DNA of 64,000 nt, taken from Octopus vulgaris (lineage: Eukaryota). The notes under the pieces were generated by a model, which saw only the letters and a program-made list of their open reading frames with translations, was not told the origin of the DNA and made no database searches. The stretch's first letter is position 1. The number at the start of each line of letters is the position of its first letter. Made by a program: the position numbers and the translations under genes. Positions 55,302-64,000 of this stretch are shown here, piece after piece. The stretch lies in contig OX597815.1 in the NCBI GenBank assembly GCA_951406725.2, positions 195,424,001 to 195,488,000 of the forward strand, read 5' to 3'.

Positions 55302-55635
55302 TTAAGTGTATACGCGTTTTGGAGTTAGACAGGTGTGAAAAATGTAAAATCGTATTTCTGCTCACTCATTCTCCTCATCAGTACAGTATTTCAAGATTTT
55401 AAATTCGAGGGTGAGTGAGAAGGAATACGAGATCTCATTTGTCAGTTTGAATTCGGAAGTACTTGTCTTTGGATATACACTGTTTGCTGACGCTTGGTCA
55501 AATATGCATGTTAATTATCAGTGCTCTCGAATTTAAAGTCTTCAAATACTGTATTGAGGATCAGAATGGGTGATTAAGAAATATGATTTTTATATTTTTC
55601 ACATCTCTCTAACTCGTAAACGCGTATACTGTTAA
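55302..55635. mobile_element. MITE/fold-back with ~110-bp imperfect TIRs bounded by TTAA
   Basis: GTATACGCGTTT..GAGTTAGA.AG.TGTGAAAAAT...TACAGTATTT.AAGA.TTTAAATTCGAG at 55308-55410, mirrored at 55525-55629. Confidence 0.75.
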
Positions 55636-55644
55636 TTAAATCAT

Positions 55645-55826
55645 TCTAACGCTCGGTTACTCATTGTATGGACGATCGTCCATGCCGTTTGTGGTACTAT
55701 ATCGTTTTCTCAGCCGCTCAATTGTTCGAATGCTGCAGTTCAAGTCATTAGCAATGATTCATGGATGTTGACCAGCTTGGAGACATCCAATGGCTTGCTC
55801 TGTCTGTGTTTGGTCGGGCTTGGCAT
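55645..55826 (-). pseudogene. Tc1-like transposase N-terminal HTH fragment
   Basis: MP.../AIGCLQAGQHP*IIANDLNCSIRTIERLRKRYSTTNGMDDRPY, the paired-like domain pattern of Tc1 transposases. Confidence 0.65.
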
Positions 55827-56230
55827 GCTCGCTGCGTTCGAGAAATGTATGACATTCTGATAAATTTGGGTGTCTTTTATACCCAAGGAATCAAAGATTT
55901 GAACGTGCATCATGAATTTCGTGAAGATGTGTTCGCGAGCATTATCATGTTCACGAAAATTGAGCGAATTCTAAACCTGCATGCAATCCTTGTTTTATAA
56001 AGAGAATAGTGTTGCGGGTCAGTGACATCTACCTACAATTGTTATAACATCCATAGAATCACAATACCCTGAGTGAAGCAAATAATCTTATAAGAACGAC
56101 GTTTCTTTTGTAGCACAGTAAGACATCGGCGCTATGTAGAGATTCACTGATGTTTCCAGCGAGAGATATTTGCGGGCGGTGAATATTTGTCTTACCTCTG
56201 TTTCTGTCTAACCTCCATTCATATTTCTTG

Positions 56231-56262
<32 letters not shown>

Positions 56263-56296
56263 CGTGTGTGTGTGTGTGTGTATGTGTGTGTGCGTT

Positions 56297-56330
<34 letters not shown>

Positions 56331-57107
56331 TGTGTGTGTTTGTGTGTATGTGTGTGTTTGTGTGTATGTGCGAATGTGGTTTTGTCTGAATATTTCTCCT
56401 GAACACTCTTTGCCCTTGAAATGTATGTTTTATCTTCCCGTAGCATCGTAGGAGATATTTCCTTCGTTCAAATTTCGTTGTTGCTCCATTCGTTATTTTT
56501 AATGGGGTAAATCTTATAGGAAATAGAAATTAAGTCACTTGCCAGCTGTTAAAATACGTACTTACTTCTTGGAGCACACGCTATCTCTCTTTTTGACTCT
56601 CTCTCACTCTATCTTTATGTGTGTATGTGTGCGTGCGTATGCGAACTTCCCTGTTGTTTGAAATACAAAGCTATTTCCATTCCTCGCTCTGTTCCTAGTA
56701 GTAAAGTGGACCTGCGCTAATCATTTTGAGCACTGTTGCTAATACAGTATTATTGTATGGTAGTTCAGAAATATTTATCCTTCAAACCTCTGATATTCTG
56801 CTACAATTCACATCTGAACAGACTAAGAAATTTTGAATAAAAAATTTCGTCTTCATATTGTATCTCACGGTCATTTTTTTATTTCTCTGTTTGATCTTGC
56901 ATGTTTTGTTTTATTTCATGCGTGATAACTGATCCTTGACACGTTCCGCCTTCTGGCTCTCCACGTCCTCATATCTCTGGTGCTCGATATTTCTTGGTAC
57001 TGTTATGTTCACTACATTCATTTCTTTTAACCCTTTCTTCTGTACACACTCACACACACACACGCACACACACTCACATACACACAACACACACATTCAC
57101 ATATGTA

Positions 57108-57303
57108 CAGTAATCCATCACCACATCGAGGTTCACTTATCGCGGTTTATTATTTGAGTGTACGCCGATTCCTCCGTGATGTTGTTATGCACTTATAATG
57201 AAATAAATATATAAAACGAACATACAGTACTATTTCTACTACGCAGATTTTCACATATCGCGAGGGGTTTTGGAACGCTACATCCGCGATAGTCGAAGTA
57301 TTA

Positions 57304-57306
<3 letters not shown>
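57108..57306. mobile_element. pogo/Tigger-like MITE
   Basis: TA|CAGTAAT... to ...ATTACTG|TA ends, with internal TATCGCG motifs. Confidence 0.55.
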
Positions 57307-57359
<53 letters not shown>

Positions 57360-57363
<4 letters not shown>

Positions 57364-57768
57364 GAGAAAATTAGTTAATATGCACCCAACGCATACTTTC
57401 ACTTACTCTTGCATTAAGTCCTAACATTTTACGTTTCTGTTTAATTATTTTCCTCCATTTGCACGATAAACGACCTTTTCAAGCCTAGCCAGGCTCATTC
57501 GCCCGGCTTCCCGGTTTCTGTGGCGTATGTGTCCCTCCCCAACTGGACGGGACGCCAGTCCATCACAGCATTATTCAAGATGCATGAAGTGAGAGTGAGA
57601 GAAAGTTGTGGCGAAAGAGTACAACTGGTCGCCACCACCCCTGCCGGATCCTCGTGGAGCTTTTGGGTGTTTTAACTCAATAAACACACACAGCGCCCGA
57701 TCTGGAAATCGAAACCGCGATTCTCCAACCGCGAACCCGCTGCCCTAAACACTGGGCCAATGCGCCTC

Positions 57769-57809
<41 letters not shown>

Positions 57810-57918
57810 TTGTAAATAACTTTCCAACATAATTGTCTCATATTACATTTACAGATAAATTCCTCTATTTCCATAATATCGTGGTCTCTTTCTTTCTTTT
57901 GCTGTTTTACCATCTTAT

Positions 57919-57975
<57 letters not shown>

Positions 57976-57993
57976 TAAATGAAATAAAACACA

Positions 57994-58041
<48 letters not shown>

Positions 58042-58059
58042 TAAATGAAATAAAACACA

Positions 58060-58135
<76 letters not shown>

Positions 58136-58364
58136 TAGAGAGAGAGAGAATACTATATATATATATATATTCACAGATCCATACACAGTTCGGTAAATAG
58201 AGATAAGCAGAATACAGTCATAGAAGAAGATAGAAGAGATAAAGGGTGGAGAAAGGACGTGCAAATGGAGGGAAAATAATTAAACAGAAACGTAAAATGT
58301 TAGGACTTAATGCAAGAGTAAATGAAAGTATGCGTTGCGTGCATATTAACTAAATTTCTCGTAT
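57360..58364. repeat. ~105-bp near-perfect inverted repeat pair
   Basis: 57360-57465 vs 58258-58364 with about 4 differences; encloses a SINE and (TA)n tracts. Confidence 0.9.
57474..57770 (-). mobile_element. tRNA-derived SINE, head A + tail Y
   Basis: GGAGGCGCATTGGCCCAGTG head; GGACTGGCGTCCCGTCCAG...GCCACAGAAACCGGG tail. Confidence 0.8.
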
Positions 58365-59227
58365 TATAATTTATGCGTGGTTTCGAGTCACACCATTTAA
58401 TGAATTCACTGAAGAGAACAACGTCGTGAGCTTCTGCAAAGAAGCTCTGTTCAACGTTTTATAAATTATTAATGATTATGCAAAAATTAAAACTGGACTT
58501 CATCTGTATACAAAAACAGAATATTAGCTTTAGCGGGAGAGAACATCTTGTTTGCAGTGTATCATACGAGGATTAGTAGCATTTGGGTGAATTAATTGAC
58601 TTTGAAATATTCACGGATACATGCAGCAAGCATTGTATGTTTGATCTGAATATTAATTGATTTGTCTGTTCATTATATTTAACATTTGACGCTGGGAGCT
58701 CGGCGTGTACAGTGGGAAAGAAGTGAATTATGCAACTTTATATTTTGTAACGTAGCGAGCTCAAATTCCGCCAGAGTCATATTTGACTGTTATCCATTCA
58801 TGTTAATAGTGATTAATTTGTTTCCAAATTTTGGTACAAGGCCAGCAATTTCAAGGGAGAAATAACTCAAGCAGCAAATTCTACCTTGGCGAAATTTGAA
58901 CTCAGACGGACAAGTAAGTCGTTGACATATTAAAACTAGGCTAGAATAGTCCCGATTATGGAATTTTAAAGTGAAGTATGCTCAAAATCGTTCCAAGCAT
59001 TGTATTTCCCTACGTCGTATTTTTGCTTTGATGAATGAAAAAATACATTGTCGAGAGGGTATTCATGTTTTCAGGTGTTAGAAATCTTATGCGATTTCAA
59101 AGACTCATGGTTGCTATGTCTAGCTCCAAGAGGCCATCGCCTCTAGCTAGCTATGTGACAGACGAACCTGTGTCCATTATAATCTTCGAACAGGGGAGGT
59201 CGGCCCCTTCCCCTTGCTGGTCTGGCA

Positions 59228-59270
59228 TCTACGGACTAGTTTCAGGGTATTTGCCCCTTATCAATGTAGA
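59228..59270 (-). ncRNA. Minimal type I hammerhead, U3:A8 variant (second copy)
   Basis: Minus strand TCTACA-TTGATAA-GGGG(CAAATA)CCCT-GAAACTAGTC-CGTAGA. Palindrome ACUAGU, GUC triplet, stem I TCTAC/GTAGA. Confidence 0.75.
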
Positions 59271-59315
59271 GTAGCCGACCGCTGCCATAGTCTCCTTCAG
59301 AGAGACTTAGAAGTA

Positions 59316-59356
<41 letters not shown>

Positions 59357-60335
59357 TGTTAAAAATCTGTGATTACTCTCTTGCTCGCATGTGTGCTAGC
59401 TTGCTTGCTTGCGGGCGTGTTTTTCTGTAATTTAATATAGCCAAGCTGGTGCATATTGGCAAATTACTCTGAAAGTAAGTCTCCCCTGAAATGCGAATAG
59501 ACACGGAATAAAACTAGTTTCGCGTGATTCGGACCACGGATTCCCGAGATAAGCGGTTTTTTGTGGATGGGGATGCCTTCATAAATAGCCAAAACGGTGA
59601 ACAAAGGAAAAATACTCCGAAAGTAACATTACATTAATTTCATGTTTACGTTATATAACAATTCCTTTTGCATTTTGTAGAAGTGTGCACATATGCCATA
59701 AATTAATGCTGTTACTGGAGTTTCGAGTTTATCTGGGCAGTTCTTTTTTGTTATTAGATGCTGTAAATAATTAATAAAGAATTAACTTGTAAACCAGACC
59801 TACGATGACACGAACGATTTGAAACATTTAACAGAATCATCATAAATTTAACTTTCATTTCACTGCAATGTTGAAATCAGCTTCAGTGTTTTATTAGCAG
59901 AACTGTCAGTGACCCAACAGGTCACGGGCAGCATAGTATTGCATAAATACGGTTTTGTTTGTTTTATATCACTTTTAGCTAATATCTCACCAAAGCAGCA
60001 ATTCAAAAATAAAGTAGCAAAAAGCACAAAAATAAAACAAAACAAAACAAAACAGTTTTGATATGAATGGAGAAATATTATCGGAGGTGTTAATAGGTTT
60101 TTAAGTACCGCAATCATTTACACTAGGTCTCATTTGTGTTACTGAAAATACTGATCGGTGAATAGTTCAACATATGGTGCTATATTTCGTATATTTTGTG
60201 TCAGATGGTAGTCTATCTCTATCTCTCTCCTACTCTCTCTCTCTCTCTCTCATACGCACACACAGACGCACACACATGCAGGAAGAAAGATAGTTAGGTA
60301 GATGTATAGTTAGTTGTATCTATCTGTCTGTCTGC

Positions 60336-60380
<45 letters not shown>

Positions 60381-61045
60381 AATCTCTTTCATTCTCTGAA
60401 AGAGTGCAAATGCTGTGTAGGTTCTTGTAATACAATTGTGTTACGTGTTGTCGGAGCCATATACCATGACTTTCAACTGACATGATATTCTCAGCGAGAA
60501 GATGGTAGGATTTCGGAAAATACAGATGGCGGTTTGATTCTGTTGCAGTGTGCAATGTGAGAAATGTTGTCGTCTAAGCATGAATAACTAACTTTAACAT
60601 TATGGGCGATAAAACGCTTATGTAAGTTGGTCTCGGGAAATCAGGCATATATTACGCAACAAGCTTTCGTCGCAAGAAACAAACCATCTTCATCTTTCTC
60701 CTTTTTATTCTAAATGTTTGGCAAGCTGGTTACAGTTCTGGTCTTCACATTCACAAAGCATTAAATAACAGGAGACGTTCAGTCACTATTTTACTCTATA
60801 GGTGCAAACCCCACTCTATATCCTGCATGCTACTTTTGTTCATTCCTTCATGCATATCCCCACCTCCCATATATATATATATATATATATGTAAATGTAT
60901 GAAATAAACATACAAATTTCCACACGAAAGCACGTAATCTATGCCCTAGGCACGTAACTTCAACCGTGTATTTTCTGATGTGAATTTGCTACCCAGGTAT
61001 CGGTTAATTCGAATTATCCTTAATAAGATAATTCATTCAACTACT

Positions 61046-61129
<84 letters not shown>

Positions 61130-61331
61130 CAAAACTGGATTTCATTTGGTATTATCTATTCAGTGTTAGAAGTGTTTTATATGTTAATAGGAAAACAGCT
61201 GGGGGTTTAATTTAATAACCTTCATAACATACATATATACATACATACATGCATACACACACCCATGCACAAACACACACATCTACACACATATAGGTAT
61301 ATATATACATGTATGTGTTGTGGGTGTGTCT

Positions 61332-61380
<49 letters not shown>

Positions 61381-63012
61381 ACAAAGGATAAAATTAATTA
61401 ATAATTAATTAAGAAATAACCAATAATTTCACCAAGTAGAAATCGTTATGAAAAAAAGGACCATTTGATGGTAAACTTAAGTAATACTTAATAAATAAGG
61501 TTCAACAAAGATTTGCTTTACCACATACCGAAGTTTAGAAATAGCAGCCCAAAACCGTTAGCTATTTCTTCTACTTTAATAAAGGACTCCCAGAAAAATC
61601 AAAATACTTGAAAACAATCCACACAGACAGAGAGGAAAAGTAACGAAAATCAATCAATATCTGGTCATATATATATATATATATATTGACAGAAAGAGAA
61701 AGAGAGATAATTTGATACATACATATATGCATACATACATACATACATACATACATACATACATACATACATACATACATACATACATACATACATACAT
61801 ACATACATACATGCATACATACGTATAAATGGATGTAGCTATATAATATATTAAAACACCGAAATTTTATTTGTACATGGATGGATTGTCGAGCATATTG
61901 AGACCAACCCATTGCCCTCAGCTTCTATGTTAACTAATGGTTTTTTCCCTGAAGAAATAGGCACAAATAACCTTTATATAAATTCAGGATGCAAAATGAG
62001 CTCACAATGAATTTAAATATGCAAAAATCATCTGAATGCGAGTAATGTTATTTATTACTTGTAACCGTATAGTGATTATTTTCATTGACGGTGTGGTGCC
62101 ATAAAATCGATATCAATTTAATCATCCTTAGTGTATCAAAAATGATTTTATTATCTAACTTCAGATCACGAAGGCAATGTGAATCTCGATATTAGAAGTG
62201 CTACTCTAATAAAATTGACATACTGCTTACATCTGCCGCTAGTTTCTTCCGAAGTTATCTCATTTCTATGGCAGACGAAATCAATATGCTATAATAGTTC
62301 TCATATGCGAATGGGTTTTATAAATGTCTATGAATTCACTTCGTGTCAATTTGATAACATCTCCAAAATGTAAAATTAAAACTTGTTTCCTTGCATTGAT
62401 ATTTGTAATAGTCCGAAGCTATTAATATATAAAGCTGTAATTAAGTAAATTAAAAATATAGTTGCTTTGTGGAAATAAACGTGCACTATTATTAGCAATA
62501 CTTGAAAATACTTCGATATGAAAGTTGTGCTGATGAAAGATTAATTAATTTCAATTATGATAATGATGATTTTATACATTGAGCATAAGATCTCATGTAT
62601 GAACGTGTGATACAAAAGAGTTACCGAAGTTTTAATGACGTACATGTATCTACATGTAAAACGATATATTAAAAATGGTTAAAATTGTGTAGGAGTTATA
62701 ATAAGTAGAAATAAGCATAACACACACATTGAAGGGAGAGAAACTTCTATTTATACACGGGCAGGATTCCGGATAGTACTATTTACCCTCCGCTTATACT
62801 TTAAAGCAGAGCATATACTCGTGTATTACCCATTTAGTAAAACCGGGGAGAGTTCTCAGTTATCTCTGCTGTAATGAGTTAACGCTCGATGAACCCCTGA
62901 ATTCGTCGCCAACAAAATTGTTAATGTAGCGACGTCTCTTTCTTGACCGCATCCCTTCTCGCCTTGGATTTCTGGTTAGAATAATTGTAACTCCAGTTTA
63001 TTTAGATGGTAC

Positions 63013-63433
63013 TCTTTACTCTTTTCCTCTTTTACTTGTTTCAGTCATTTGACTGCGGCCATGCTGGAGCACCGCCTTTAGTCGAGCAAATCGACCCCGC
63101 GACTTATACTTTGTGAGCCCAGTACTCCATTCTATCAGGGTCTTTTGCCAAACCGCTAGGTGACGGGGACGTAAACACAAAACACACCAGCATCGGTTGT
63201 CTAGCAATGCTAGGGGGACAAATACAGATACACAAACACACACACACACACATATATATATACATATATACGACAGGCTTCTTTAAGTTTCCGTCTACCA
63301 AATCCACTCACAAGGCATTGGTCGGCCAGAGGCTATAGCAGAAGACACTTGCCGAAGGTGCCACGCAGTGGGACTGAACCCGGAACCATGTGGTTGATTA
63401 GCAAGCTACTTACCACACAGCCACTCCTGCGCC
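63013..63433 (-). mobile_element. tRNA-derived SINE (same family)
   Basis: Full-length reverse-complement match. Confidence 0.88.
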
Positions 63434-63911
63434 TATACAACGACTAAAATTTTCATTTGCCTTCTGTTGAGTGAAAATCATGCCACCCAGTTTGCCGCCT
63501 CTTTTTTTGGAATGTTTCCCAGTCACTGTCTTCTTTTTATATTTTCTTATTCTAAGAAGTAGACGATTTTGGTGATGCTACAACTAACTGCCTTTACCCC
63601 ATTCAGAATTGGAGGAAGTACTATTTGCCCCTTGGTCATAGTCAGTCTTTAGTGCGGTTGTTGTAGAGGAAGTATCCATTTATTTAACTTCTTCTTTGGT
63701 ACTCTGCCATCGTGTTAGCCACAAGCATTCTTTTCTCCTCAAGATTATGATACCATTATTACTATTAAAACCTCTGCTGCTTTTGTAGATCTGTTTCTTA
63801 AATCTAACATCTGTCACCTTGTCTGTGAGACAGGCTAAGGTAATATTTAATAATGCAGGTTTCAAATGTAGGCTACCCTCCTTGAAGCACAACGTTAAGT
63901 AATTTACTCTT

Positions 63912-64000
63912 CTTATTTATCTATTGCCAACAAGGGGCTAAATATAGAGGGGACAAACAAGGACAGACAAAGAGATTAAGTCGATTACATCAACCCCAGT
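63912..64000 (-). mobile_element. 3' end of a central-domain SINE (runs off the window)
   Basis: CAAGGGGCTAAA.A.AGAGGGGACAAACAAGGACAGAC... Confidence 0.8.

Overview
AT-rich, microsatellite-dense animal DNA with no host exon I can support; the SINE families and repeat landscape suggest an octopus/coleoid genome (inference). The centrepiece is a young Penelope-like retroelement (PLE) at ~25091-31018. It has an RT + C-terminal GIY-YIG ORF whose frame is open from 27088 to 30336, plus a near-identical inverted copy of its last ~1.9 kb, and both ends sit in (TA)n. Around it are at least five unrelated short repeat families carrying minimal or variant hammerhead-ribozyme folds, one with a tRNA-like head; several show the same inverted architecture in miniature. 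Also present: a Dong/R4-type LINE 3' fragment in (TAA)n, several tRNA-derived SINE families with swapped modules, and fixed-junction SINE multimers. One TSD-flanked insertion fuses a tRNA-SINE head, a 5S rRNA copy and a SINE tetramer. Tc1/mariner and LINE fossils, MITEs and a Helitron-like element complete the picture. Most ORFs in the supplied track are microsatellite artefacts.
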